Source of the DNA: Candidatus Eiseniibacteriota bacterium
GTDB taxonomy: Bacteria > Eisenbacteria > RBG-16-71-46 > CAIMUX01 > VGJL01
Reading direction: 5' to 3'
DNA length: 64,000 nt
NCBI GenBank assembly: GCA_963792585.1
Contig: CAWBWI010000003.1
Location: forward strand, 960,001 to 1,024,000
This document shows, in pieces, positions 40,993-50,588 of the stretch (the first letter of the stretch is position 1; each line of letters starts with the position of its first letter). Under the pieces are notes generated by a model. It saw nothing but the letters and a program-made list of their open reading frames with translations. It had not been told where the DNA came from and ran no database searches. The position numbers were made by a program, and so were the translations under genes.

Positions 40993-41661
40993 CTAGCTCG
41001 ACTTCTCCTGCTGCTTGTGGGCGGTTGCCATGTGCGTGGCGACCATCTGGATCAACTTCGCGTCGGGGATCGAGGCGAGGACCGGGGTCAGGGTGACGAT
41101 CTGCGCCTCGCGCTTCGCCGTGTAGGTCACGGTCTGCCCGGCACCGAAGCCCTTGTCCATGATTCCCTGCAGGGCCTGGGCGTTCTTCTCATCGAAGGTG
41201 ATTCCGTTGATCGTCGTCAGCAAGTCGCCGACCTTGAAGCCGGCCTTCTCCGCGGGGCTGCCCGCGACGACCGACGTGACCGTCGGCATCATCGAACCCT
41301 CGGCCGTGTCCATCTCGATGCCGAGCCAGCCGTGGGTCTGGTAGTAGGTGCGCATCATCTTCTCGCAGTCGGCCGGGGAAGCCGTGCAGTGCATCGAAGC
41401 GCCCTTCGCCGAGGCGCAACAGTCGCCCCCGGCCATGCTCATCGCGGAGCAAGAGCCCTTGCCCGCCGCGGAGGTCTGGCCCGTGCAGGAGGCGCCGGTC
41501 TTGGACATGGTGGCCTGACCCGTGCAGCCCGAACTGCCCTGCATGGAGGCCTTGCTCTTCGAACCGCAGCTTCCGCCGCCGCCCGCGTGAACCATCGTCG
41601 TGGCGGTGAACCCGGCCAAGCCCAGGACCGCTACGAGTGCAATTGCTTTTCCGAGACGCAT
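40993..41661 (-). CDS. Secreted PDZ-domain protein with a Cys/Ser/Gly-rich N-terminal region
   Basis: Signal peptide ending VHA; GWLGI, VVAGSPAEKAGFKVGD...ING. Confidence 0.82.
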   Translation of the reverse strand: MRLGKAIALVAVLGLAGFTATTMVHAGGGGSCGSKSKASMQGSSGCTGQATMSKTGASCTGQTSAAGKGSCSAMSMAGGDCCASAKGASMHCTASPADCEKMMRTYYQTHGWLGIEMDTAEGSMMPTVTSVVAGSPAEKAGFKVGDLLTTINGITFDEKNAQALQGIMDKGFGAGQTVTYTAKREAQIVTLTPVLASIPDAKLIQMVATHMATAHKQQEKSS

Positions 41662-41735
41662 GTGGAACCTCCGTGTATTCCGTCGCCCGATCTGGTTTCC
41701 GACTCGAATCCAGCAGCCCCATGGCCGCATTGACA

Positions 41736-41761
41736 GAACAGCATACCGTGGGTGGGGTTCC
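41736..41761 (-). promoter_or_regulatory. Putative ECF sigma promoter
   Basis: Minus strand GGAAC-N17-GTTC upstream of the PDZ gene. Confidence 0.5.
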
Positions 41762-41889
41762 ACTCACGCAGATCGAAAAGCAGCATGTGAATCGCGCCAC
41801 AATCGTCGATTGGAATCCTGCCGAATTGAAGCACGACCCGGCGGAATCGATCCGCCGGGTCGCTCTCCAACGCGTCGTGTGTTTCGGGG

Positions 41890-42849
41890 CTACTTGCCCG
41901 TGTCGGGGTGTCCCTCGTGCTGCATCTGCGGAGGCGGCGTCATGCCGCACCCCGGCATGGAACCGTGCGCGCCCTGCTCCATACCCATGCAGCCCGGCTT
42001 GCAGGAGCCATCGTGCTTGTGCATCATGATGACCTTCCGCTCCATCTTGGGTCCGCCGGCGCAGCATCCGCCGTCCATGCGCATCATCTTCATGCCGCCT
42101 TCACGGCGGTCCATCCTGCGCATCATCTTCATGCCGCCCTTGCCGCGCCCCATCTGGCGCATCATCATCATGCAGTCGTCATCGTTCCCCTGGCCGCGAA
42201 ACATCATCACGCGGCAGGAGTTGCGCGAGCCGCAATTGAGGAGGGAACGTCCGCCGGGGTTGCTGCAATCGTAGTCGCCCCAGATTCCATCACACGACCA
42301 ATTGCAGCCGTTGTCGTCCATCGAACAGGCGTCACCGCAACCCTGCTGCATCATCTTCATGCAGTCCATGTTGCACTTGTCGCCGTGCATCGCGCAGCCC
42401 GCAGCGCCGCCCATCATCATGCCCTTGCAGCAGTCGGCCGGCATCTTGCCCATGCCGCCCATCATCATGCCCTTGCAGCAGTCGGCCGGCATCTTGCCCA
42501 TGCCGCCCATCATCTTGCCCTTGCAGCAGTCGGCCGGCATCTTGCCCATGCCGCCCATCATCATGCCCTTGCAGCAGTCGGCCGGCATCTTGCCCTGACA
42601 ACACGCACCGCCCTGCATCTGGCCCATGTCGCAGCCGGCCATACCCATCTGCTTGCATGTGGCAGCGCAATCCGCTGCGTTCATCTGGCCATGGCCACAA
42701 CCCGCGCCCTTCATCTGCATCTGGGGAGAGCCGCCGGCCTGAGCCATACCCCTGCAAGGGGTCGCACCGTCTCCAGCCTGGGCAATCGTGACCGCGAAGG
42801 CGATAAGGGCCGCCGCGGCGAGAACGGTCATGGATTTACGAAGCATCAT
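41890..42849 (-). CDS. Secreted Met/Cys/Gly-rich low-complexity protein, putative metal-binding
   Basis: Signal peptide ending AQA, RBS GAGGAGG; four copies of GKMPADCCKGMMMGG(M). Confidence 0.75.
   Translation of the reverse strand: MMLRKSMTVLAAAALIAFAVTIAQAGDGATPCRGMAQAGGSPQMQMKGAGCGHGQMNAADCAATCKQMGMAGCDMGQMQGGACCQGKMPADCCKGMMMGGMGKMPADCCKGKMMGGMGKMPADCCKGMMMGGMGKMPADCCKGMMMGGAAGCAMHGDKCNMDCMKMMQQGCGDACSMDDNGCNWSCDGIWGDYDCSNPGGRSLLNCGSRNSCRVMMFRGQGNDDDCMMMMRQMGRGKGGMKMMRRMDRREGGMKMMRMDGGCCAGGPKMERKVIMMHKHDGSCKPGCMGMEQGAHGSMPGCGMTPPPQMQHEGHPDTGK
42408..42596 (-). repeat. 48-bp tandem repeat, four near-identical copies, inside the Met/Cys-rich gene
   Basis: Repeated catgcccttgcagcagtcggccggcatcttgcccatgccgcccatcat on the plus strand. 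Confidence 0.9.
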
Positions 42850-42918
42850 CTTGGATCCTCCTCGGTCATGGTTCGGCCCGGGCGCGCGGGGTTTGCGGCT
42901 TGTGGGCGGTCAGGAACA

Positions 42919-42944
42919 TAACTATATAGAGGCGGCCAGGTTCC
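42919..42944 (-). promoter_or_regulatory. Putative ECF sigma promoter
   Basis: Minus strand GGAAC-N17-GTTA upstream of the Met/Cys-rich gene. Confidence 0.5.
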
Positions 42945-42968
42945 GCGCAAGCGACGGAAAACCTGGGG

Positions 42969-43658
42969 TCACGGCTTCCAACGCCTGTATTTCCAAAGGG
43001 TTAGGATCGTTTCGATCCCGTCGCGCGCCCGGATCTTCTTCCCCTCGTTCATGTGCCGCGGCCGGTAGATGATCGGGATCTCGATGATCCGCTCCTTCAT
43101 CCGGGCGGCCTTGGCGGTCACCTCGGCGCAGAACTCGAATCGCTCGCACCGGAGGTCCATCGCTTCGATCACCTTACGGTCGACCAGCTTGTAGCAGGTC
43201 GGCTCATCGGTGAGGCGCAGCCCGAAGAGGATGTTCGCCACCCAGGTGACCAGCACCCCGCCCAGGTAGAACGAGATCGCCGAGTACTGCTTGTTCGCCC
43301 GGTGGAGCCGCCTCGAGCCGTAGACCACCCGAACCCCCCGCTCCCGCGCAGCATCCAGGAGTCTCTTCAGATCGGCCGGTTCGTACTCCAGATCGGCATC
43401 CTGGGGGACGACGAAATCGCCCGTGGCCTGCCGCAACGCCGTGCGCAGCGCCGCTCCCTTCCCGCGGTTGCGCTCGTGGCGGATCACGAGAGCTCGATCC
43501 CGATACCCCTCGAGGATCTCGGCGGTGCGATCGGTCGACGCGTCGTCGACGACGACGATCTCCTTCTCCGCGCCGACGTCGGTCGCCAGAACGAGATCCA
43601 GCAGCTCCGCGATCGTCTTCTCCTCGTTGTAGACCGGAATCAGGATGCTCAGTTTCAT
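42969..43658 (-). CDS. GT2 glycosyltransferase (polyprenyl-phosphate glycosyltransferase-like)
   Basis: LSILIPVYNEE, VDDASTD, NRGKGAA, QDADLEY, GSR. Confidence 0.92.
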   Translation of the reverse strand: MKLSILIPVYNEEKTIAELLDLVLATDVGAEKEIVVVDDASTDRTAEILEGYRDRALVIRHERNRGKGAALRTALRQATGDFVVPQDADLEYEPADLKRLLDAARERGVRVVYGSRRLHRANKQYSAISFYLGGVLVTWVANILFGLRLTDEPTCYKLVDRKVIEAMDLRCERFEFCAEVTAKAARMKERIIEIPIIYRPRHMNEGKKIRARDGIETILTLWKYRRWKP

Positions 43659-44929
43659 GCGCGTCCCCCTTCGAGGAAATTCGTGAGTGGCAGGGCGCTG
43701 AAGAGGAACGAGAGCGCGATCGCGGGCGACATGTAGCGGACGTGGGGGAAGACGAGCGCCTGGAAGAGATTGACGAATACGATGATCCCAAGCGCGGGCA
43801 AGGCGCGCGCGAAGGCCTCCGGATGGCGTCGCCGCATCCGGACGGCGCCGATTCCGAAGAGGATCATGAGGGGCAGATGGACGATCAAGCTCACCACCCG
43901 CATCTTCGGTCCGAGCGTTTGAAACCATGTGAAGGGGATTCCCGCCAATCCTCGAACGATCGTGCCCGCGGGATCGAGCCTCACTTCCTCGAGCACGAGA
44001 TCTCGGGCGACGTCTTCATGCCGAACGTACTCGAGGCTCGATGCGAAGGCCTTGGTTCGATCGCCTCCGTAGAGCCGATCGACGACGATCTGATGGCGCC
44101 GCGCATCCGCCGCCTTGTCGACGGGTCGCAGGTCGGCCCAGCGCAGCATCTGCTTGGAGCACTGGATGCCGTGGTAGAAAGGCGCCCATCCCCACGCGGA
44201 GACCGGCACGAAGCGGCCCGTGAGGCGCTCGTTGCGCGCAGTCCAGGGGGCGACGATGATCACCGCGGCCAGCGCGGCGGGCACGGTCCAGCGGAGCAAG
44301 CGTCCGAACGGGCGGCGGTGCGCCCGCGATAGCGCGATCCCGAGCGGCAGCGCCAGCGGAAGCGCGATGAGGGTTCCCCGGGTCAGGATCCCCGCGCCCC
44401 ATAGAGCGCCCGCGGCCAGGCCGCGTCGGACCGATCCCTCCATCGACGCCCTGCAGAGCACGTACGCAAACCCAAGAAAGAGGGGGAAGTACAGGTTCTC
44501 CGCATAGAGTCGCGCGGAATACTCGACCGCGTTCGGATAGACGGCAAACAGGGCGGCCGCCGTCCATCCCAACCTCTCCGAGAGGACCCAGCGGCCCATC
44601 GCGAAGAGAATCCAGCAACCCACGGCGCCCAGCATTGCCTGCGCGATCTGGACCCAGAGGTACCGAACGCCGAAGACCTGGAAGAGGCCGAGCAGGAAGA
44701 AAGGATAGCCGGGAGGGCGTGTGACCGTCGGCGGGAGCTGGGCCAGCTCGCGGTAACCGAGCCCTCGATCGAGGTTCTCTGCGATCTGGTTGTACCCGTC
44801 CGAGATCTCGCGCTCCGGCAGGACGTGCAGGGCACCCCGTGTGATCCCGAGGGAAAAGACGAGGCGCAAGAGCACGGCAGTAACGAGGATCGCGAGGAGA
44901 GGACGGCGGAGGATCACACCGGTTGACAC
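43655..44929 (-). CDS. GT-C (ArnT/PMT-like, family 39) membrane glycosyltransferase
   Basis: Multiple TM helices, RPPGYP, E.L, PWT.RN, RY. Confidence 0.8.
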   Translation of the reverse strand: MSTGVILRRPLLAILVTAVLLRLVFSLGITRGALHVLPEREISDGYNQIAENLDRGLGYRELAQLPPTVTRPPGYPFFLLGLFQVFGVRYLWVQIAQAMLGAVGCWILFAMGRWVLSERLGWTAAALFAVYPNAVEYSARLYAENLYFPLFLGFAYVLCRASMEGSVRRGLAAGALWGAGILTRGTLIALPLALPLGIALSRAHRRPFGRLLRWTVPAALAAVIIVAPWTARNERLTGRFVPVSAWGWAPFYHGIQCSKQMLRWADLRPVDKAADARRHQIVVDRLYGGDRTKAFASSLEYVRHEDVARDLVLEEVRLDPAGTIVRGLAGIPFTWFQTLGPKMRVVSLIVHLPLMILFGIGAVRMRRRHPEAFARALPALGIIVFVNLFQALVFPHVRYMSPAIALSFLFSALPLTNFLEGGRA

Positions 44930-44985
44930 TTGTCGCGAAGACTCCCTAATCTCAGCCGAAACCTTCCTTCAAACACGGGAGCAGT

Positions 44986-46817
44986 ATGCAAGACCAGGAT
45001 ATCGCACGGGAAGCGGAATCTCTCTCCGCGGAATCGCGCAGGCTCTACTGCGTGCGGCATTCTCTCGCCCACATCATGGCGCAAGCGGTCCTCGAGTTTC
45101 GTCCCGGAACGAAGCTCGGATTCGGCCCGCCCGTCGAGAACGGCTTCTACTACGACTTCGACCTGTCCGAGCCGATCGTGGCCGAGGACCTGCCGAAGAT
45201 CGAGAAGCGGATGCGCGAGATCGCCCGCCGCAAGGTCGATTTCGTGCGCGAGGAGATGTCCTCGGCCGACGCGATCGCCCGCATCGAGACGATGGGCCAG
45301 CCGTACAAGGACGAGGCGTCGCACGATCTCGAGGTGAAGGGGGTCGGGATGATCTCCTTCTACACAAACGGTTCCTTCATCGACATGTGCGAGGGACCGC
45401 ACGTCGCCAACTCATCCGAGATCCCGCTCGACGCCTTCAAGCTCGACTCGATCGCCGGCGCCTACTGGCGCGGCGACGAGAAGAACAAGATGCTGACCCG
45501 CATCTACGGTCTCGCCTTCGCGACGAAGGAAGAGCTGGACGCGTTCATCGAGCGCCGGAAGATCGCGCTGGAGCGCGACCACCGGAAGCTCGGTCGCGAA
45601 CTCGATCTCTTTCACATTGAAGAGCTGATCGGCAAGGGGCTCATCCTCTGGCTGCCCAACGGCACCGTGCATCCGCGACGAGATCGAGAAGCTCGTTCGA
45701 GAGGCCGAGTTCCGTTACGGGTACGTGCGCGTCGCGACCCCGCACATCGCGCACCAGGAGCTCTTCTTCAAGAGCGGGCACCTGCCGTACTACAAGGAGA
45801 GCATGTTCCCGCCGATGCGGTGGGAGGACGAGGAGAGGGAAGAGGTCTTCTACCTGAAGCCGATGAACTGCCCGCACCACCACATGATCTTCGCGAGTCG
45901 CCCGCGTTCGTATCGCGATCTGCCGTTGCGTCTCGCGGAGTACGGGACCTGCTACCGGTTCGAGAAGTCAGGCGAGCTCGCTGGACTGCTGCGCGTGCGG
46001 TGTCTCACGATGAACGACGCGCACATCTACTGCACCCACGAGCAGGCGAAGGCCGAGGCGATCTCGGTCATGCGGCTCTACAAGGAGCACTACGATCTCT
46101 TCGGCCTGAAGAACTACTCGATCCGCCTGTCGACGCACGACCCGGCGAACCGGAGAAGTTCCACGAGCGACGAGGAGCTCTGGGCGCAGTCGGAGGCGAT
46201 CCTGCGCGACGCGCTTCACGACGTCGGCGTTCCGTTCGAGGAAGGGTTCGGCGAGGCGGCCTTCTACGGCCCGAAGATCGACGTCCAGTTCGCCAACCTG
46301 CTCGGTCGCGAGGAGACCGTCTCGACCGTGCAGCTCGACTACATGGCGGCGGATGCGTTTCGATCTGAAGTACATCGACGAGCACGGGAACGAGGCGCGC
46401 CCGGCGGTGATCCACCGTGCGCCGCTCTCGACCCACGAGCGTATGCTCTCGTTCCTGATCGAGCACTACGGCGGGGCCTTCCCGACCTGGCTCGCGCCGA
46501 TCCAGGTGCGGATCGTCGCGATCACCGACGAGCTGCTCGATTACGCGAACAAGCTGCGCGACGCGCTCCGCGCCGACTTCGTCCGCGCCGAGGTGGACGA
46601 CGCGCCCCACTCCTTCAACAAGAAGGTGCGCAACGCGACGGTCGAGAAGATTCCGATCGTGCTGGTGATCGGCCGCAGGGAAGCCGAGGTCGGTCAGGTT
46701 ACCGTGCGGCGCTACCGCCGCAAGGAACAGCAGACGATGCTCTTCGAGGAGTTCCGGGTCGCGCTGCTGGATGAGATCAAGAAGCGTGTCCACGTGAAGC
46801 CCGACGAGGAAGAGTGA
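44986..46817 (+). CDS. thrS: Threonine--tRNA ligase with several frameshifts (probable assembly errors)
   Basis: RHSLAH, GFYYDF, DMCEGPH, GAYWRGD, RDHRKLG, LKPMNCPHH, AFYGPKID, IHRA, EHYGGAFPTWLAPIQV across three frames. Confidence 0.93.
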
Positions 46818-46818
46818 G

Positions 46819-47379
46819 ATGCCGCCTGGCTACGAGATCCCCTCGCTAGCCGGCGCCCGCGTCGCGCTGCGGCCGATAGAGCCGCAAGAGATGGGCCTGA
46901 TCCAGCAGTGGTTCCTCGAGTGCGATCCGCTCACGCAGACCTGCCGTGTTCCGGGCCTCGGATCGATCGACCGCGCGATCCGCAACGCGGGGGAGCGCAC
47001 ACCTTCACCGACCGAGGGGGATCTCGGGATCGTGCTGCGGGGGACGGGAGCGCTCGTCGGCAGAATCCGCTTCTTCGACATCAACCCGCGCAATCGCTCC
47101 TGCGAGATCGGCTACATCTCGGCGCCGGGGGCGCGGGGGAAGGGGTACGCGCGCGAAGGGGTCGGCGTCCTGCTCGACTATCTGTTCGACGGACTCGGGT
47201 TGAACAAGGTCCAGGCGCAGACCGGAGCTTTCAACGCCACCTCGATCCGGCTGCTCGAATCGCTCGGCTTCAGCCGCGACGCGGTGCTGCGGGAGCACCA
47301 CCTCTATCGAGGGGTGCTCCACGACGACCATGTCTACAGCATTCTCGCTCGCGAGTGGCGCGGGAGGCGATCCACCTAA
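46819..47379 (+). CDS. GNAT (RimJ/RimL-like) acetyltransferase
   Basis: EIGY...RGKGYARE, N..SIRLLESLGF, YSILAREW. Confidence 0.88.
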   Translation: MPPGYEIPSLAGARVALRPIEPQEMGLIQQWFLECDPLTQTCRVPGLGSIDRAIRNAGERTPSPTEGDLGIVLRGTGALVGRIRFFDINPRNRSCEIGYISAPGARGKGYAREGVGVLLDYLFDGLGLNKVQAQTGAFNATSIRLLESLGFSRDAVLREHHLYRGVLHDDHVYSILAREWRGRRST

Positions 47380-47780
47380 ACTGCCGCGCTACAGCAGAAT
47401 TTGCACTTTTTCGCCTCGGCGGGAATCGTTTCGAGACATTCCTTGCAGACCTTCGTAGGGGGCGCGGGAGGAACTGGCGCCGGCTTCAGGAGCGCCTTGA
47501 CGATCATGAAGATCACGAAGCCGATGATCACGAAGTCGACGACGTTCCCCAGGAAGCTGCCCAGCATAACCGCAGCGGCGGGAGTGCCGTCGGGATTGTG
47601 GGACAGCGCGATCTTGATCTGACGCCATTCCCCGCCGGGGACGACCAGACCGATGACCGGCATGAGAAGGTCGGAGACGATCGACGAGACTACCTTGCCG
47701 ACCGCGGCGCCGATGATGACACCCACTGCCAATGCAAGCGCGTTGGTCTTGAGCAGGAAGTCCTTGAACTCCTTCAGCAT
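47376..47780 (-). CDS. mscL: Large-conductance mechanosensitive channel with C-terminal Zn-ribbon
   Basis: MLKEFKDF...N...LAVGVIIGAA..K.VSS.V.D..MP, G.FL...VDF.I; tail CKEC...CKFC. Confidence 0.92.
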   Translation of the reverse strand: MLKEFKDFLLKTNALALAVGVIIGAAVGKVVSSIVSDLLMPVIGLVVPGGEWRQIKIALSHNPDGTPAAAVMLGSFLGNVVDFVIIGFVIFMIVKALLKPAPVPPAPPTKVCKECLETIPAEAKKCKFCCSAAV

Positions 47781-47856
47781 GGGTACGCCTCCTTTCGGCT
47801 AGGACAGCTTATAACACGGGCAAAATCCCCTCGCCAGCCAAGTTTTGCGGGCCCGC

Positions 47857-47885
47857 TTGACCCAACGGGTGGTCTTGGATAGGTT
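47857..47885 (+). promoter_or_regulatory. Putative sigma70 promoter
   Basis: TTGACC-N17-TAGGTT upstream of the antiporter. Confidence 0.45.
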
Positions 47886-47944
47886 TCGGCCGTGGGCCGC
47901 ACGGGCAGCCCATTCACATCCTCGGACTTCCGGTTGGAGCCCTG

Positions 47945-49987
47945 ATGCATCACAGTCTGAATCTCCAGACCCTGCTGCTCGTCCTGACCCTATCGGTCGT
48001 GGTCGTGGCTGTTCTGCATCGCTTCCGGATCCCCTCGATCGCGGGGTTCATCGTCGTCGGCGTCCTGGCCGGGCCGCACGGTCTTTCGATCGTGCCCAGA
48101 AGCGCGGACGTGCAGGATCTGGCGGAGCTCGGGGTCGTCCTGCTTCTCTTCTCGATCGGGCTCGAGTTCTCTCTGTCGAGGTTGCGCCGCACGTGGCGCG
48201 TCGTGCTCGAGGCGGGAGCGCCCTATGTGCTCCTGACCGGCGGGGCGGGGTGTCTGGCGGCGCGCGCGCTCCACCTCGGATGGCGGACTGCCATCTTCGC
48301 GGGCTTCTGGCTTGCCCTCTCCTCGACGGCGATCGTCCTGAAGAGCCTGACCGACCGCAGGGAGGTCGACACGCCCCACGGACGCCTGACCCTCTCGGTG
48401 CTGCTCTTCCAGGACCTGTGCGTCGTGCCGATGATGTTGCTTCTGCCGATTCTTGCGGGCGTGAAACCGGCCGCCGCCGGCAGCGTCGTGAGGATCCTTC
48501 TGCAATCCGGCGGGATCCTCCTCGCGGTCCTCGTCATCTCTCGGTATGTCGTTCCGACATTCCTGGCCTACGTCGCGCGTACGCGCAACCGCGAGCTCTT
48601 TCTCCTGCTCGTGCTGCTGCTGTGTCTCAGCACCGCGGCCGCGGCCGGGTGGATGGGCCTCTCCGCGGCCATCGGAGCCTTCCTCGGGGGTCTTCTGCTC
48701 TCGAAGAGCGACTACGGCATGCAGGCGCTCGCGGATATCCTGCCCTTCCGCGACATCTTCAACAGCGTCTTCTTCATGTCGATCGGGATGATGCTGGACC
48801 TCCAGGTGCTCACGACCGAACCCGGAAGGGTGGCGCTCGCGACGGTCGGGATCCTGCTCGGCAAGGCCGTGATCGGTTCTTCCCTGGCAATCCTGCTCGG
48901 TTTCCCCGCGGCCGCGGCGGCCCTGAGCGGAATCGCGCTCGCGCAGGTGGGAGAGTTCTCCTTCGTGCTGGCCCAGGCGGGATCCACGATGAACCTGATG
49001 CCGTCGGGGGTGTTCCAGCCCCTGCTCGCCGCCTCGGTGGTGACGATGGCGATCACGCCGATCCTGATCACATTCGCTCCCCGGATGGCCCGCCGTGTCG
49101 AGCGCGCCGCCCGAGGGGTGCCGGTCCCGTGGCTCGCGCACGGCCGACGCGCCGCATCCGGACCGGAAGTGGCGAAGCTCCGCGGCCACGTCGTCATCGT
49201 CGGCTATGGTCTGAACGGACGGAATCTCGCCCGTCTGCTCGCCGGCGAGAAGATCCCCTACGTGGTCCTCGACCTCAACGGCGGCGTCGTCGCCCAGGCG
49301 CGCGCGCTGGACGAACCGATTCTCTTCGGGGACATCACGAGCGAATACGTCGCGCGTCATCTTGGTCTCGAGCGGGCTCGCAGCGTCGTGATCTCGATCT
49401 CGGATCCGCAGGCGGAGCGCCGCGCCGTTCGCCTGATCCGAGAGTCGTATCCAAAGGTCCACATCCTCGTTCGGACGCGCTACGTCTCGGAGGTCGATGA
49501 GCTTCACCAGCTCGGCGCCAACGAGGTCGTGCCCGAGGAGTTCGAGACCTCGATCGAGATCGGCGCCCGCACGCTGGCCCTCTTCGGCACGCCCCTGGAA
49601 CAGATCCGCACCCGATTGGAGCAGGTCCGCGCCGATCGCTACCGCGCCCTGCGCGCGCCGACGCTCACCCCGCGGGAGGCTGAGACGCTGGCCGTGGTCT
49701 TCGGGAGCGTTGCCACCGGCTCGGTCGCGCTCCCGTCCGGTAGCCCGATCGTCGGGGTCTCGCTCCGCGAGCTGGACCTGACCGGCCGGACCGGCGCGAC
49801 CATCCTGGCGGTCCTGCGGGCGGGAGAGGCGCTGGCCAATCCGAACCCGTCTCTCGTCCTCGATCCGCACGATGCCGTGGTGTTCATGGGAAGCGAAGAG
49901 CAGGTCGATACGGCGCGGGCGCTGTTGACCGGAGAGATCACGCTCGAGGACACCGGGGACGAGGCCGCGGAACTCCCCCCGGCCTAG
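47945..49987 (+). CDS. CPA2/Kef-type cation:proton antiporter with TrkA-N and TrkA-C domains
   Basis: GVVLLLFSIGLE, LSSTAIV, LFQD, QVGEFSF, IVGYGLNG, GATILAV.R; ORF track starts at CTG just before ATG-like context, start approximate. Confidence 0.92.
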   Translation: MHHSLNLQTLLLVLTLSVVVVAVLHRFRIPSIAGFIVVGVLAGPHGLSIVPRSADVQDLAELGVVLLLFSIGLEFSLSRLRRTWRVVLEAGAPYVLLTGGAGCLAARALHLGWRTAIFAGFWLALSSTAIVLKSLTDRREVDTPHGRLTLSVLLFQDLCVVPMMLLLPILAGVKPAAAGSVVRILLQSGGILLAVLVISRYVVPTFLAYVARTRNRELFLLLVLLLCLSTAAAAGWMGLSAAIGAFLGGLLLSKSDYGMQALADILPFRDIFNSVFFMSIGMMLDLQVLTTEPGRVALATVGILLGKAVIGSSLAILLGFPAAAAALSGIALAQVGEFSFVLAQAGSTMNLMPSGVFQPLLAASVVTMAITPILITFAPRMARRVERAARGVPVPWLAHGRRAASGPEVAKLRGHVVIVGYGLNGRNLARLLAGEKIPYVVLDLNGGVVAQARALDEPILFGDITSEYVARHLGLERARSVVISISDPQAERRAVRLIRESYPKVHILVRTRYVSEVDELHQLGANEVVPEEFETSIEIGARTLALFGTPLEQIRTRLEQVRADRYRALRAPTLTPREAETLAVVFGSVATGSVALPSGSPIVGVSLRELDLTGRTGATILAVLRAGEALANPNPSLVLDPHDAVVFMGSEEQVDTARALLTGEITLEDTGDEAAELPPA

Positions 49988-50029
49988 ATCCGGGGGCGAT
50001 CGCGTACAATCGGTCCCGAGGAGGCAGCG

Positions 50030-50491
50030 ATGGAGTTCGTTCCGGCACGCGCGCAGGGGCATCTGATCGTGGCGTCGATCCGCGTTCTCTCCTACCAGCG
50101 CAAACGCCCGCCCACGAGTGACGAGATCGCCGATCTCCTGGCGCTCTCGCGGGAGATCGTCCTCCACATGCTCCGGGGTCTCGAGGCGCGGGGAATCGTG
50201 CGCGCGATCGAAACGCCGTTCGAGGTCCGCTTCGATATCGAGGATCACCAGGCGATCGATGCGCTCCCCGAGGATGCGTCCGGGCCCGATCTCGGCCACG
50301 AGATCGAGGACTTCCACAAGAAGGCCGAGGACCGGCAGAAGAAGATCGAGCGGATGATGCGCGATGCGGATCCCGATCGCGCCGCCCGCGAGAAGGCCGC
50401 CAAGATCGAGGAAGAATTCCGTCGCTTCCGGGGGCGCCGGCCGGCCGGGTCCCCGTTCCACGACCCCGAGAACGAGAAGGACGGGGACTGA
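50030..50491 (+). CDS. Hypothetical protein with a winged-helix-like N-terminus
   Basis: RPPTSDEIADLL.LSRE.V...L..LE.RGIV; RBS GAGGAGG. Confidence 0.65.
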   Translation: MEFVPARAQGHLIVASIRVLSYQRKRPPTSDEIADLLALSREIVLHMLRGLEARGIVRAIETPFEVRFDIEDHQAIDALPEDASGPDLGHEIEDFHKKAEDRQKKIERMMRDADPDRAAREKAAKIEEEFRRFRGRRPAGSPFHDPENEKDGD

Positions 50492-50510
50492 GCCCCCCGA
50501 TTTTTTCCGG

Positions 50511-50561
50511 TTGACGATCCGCCCGCATTCCGGCTATCATTTCAATAGTTGTTGAAATGAT
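50511..50561 (+). promoter_or_regulatory. Sigma70 promoter overlapped by a 12-2-12 ArsR/SmtB-type operator
   Basis: TTGACG(50511)-N18-TATCAT; ATCATTTCAATA-GT-TGTTGAAATGAT at 50536-50561 (one mismatch). Confidence 0.75.
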
Positions 50562-50588
50562 GAATCGTGCCGATGGAAGGAGGGCAAG

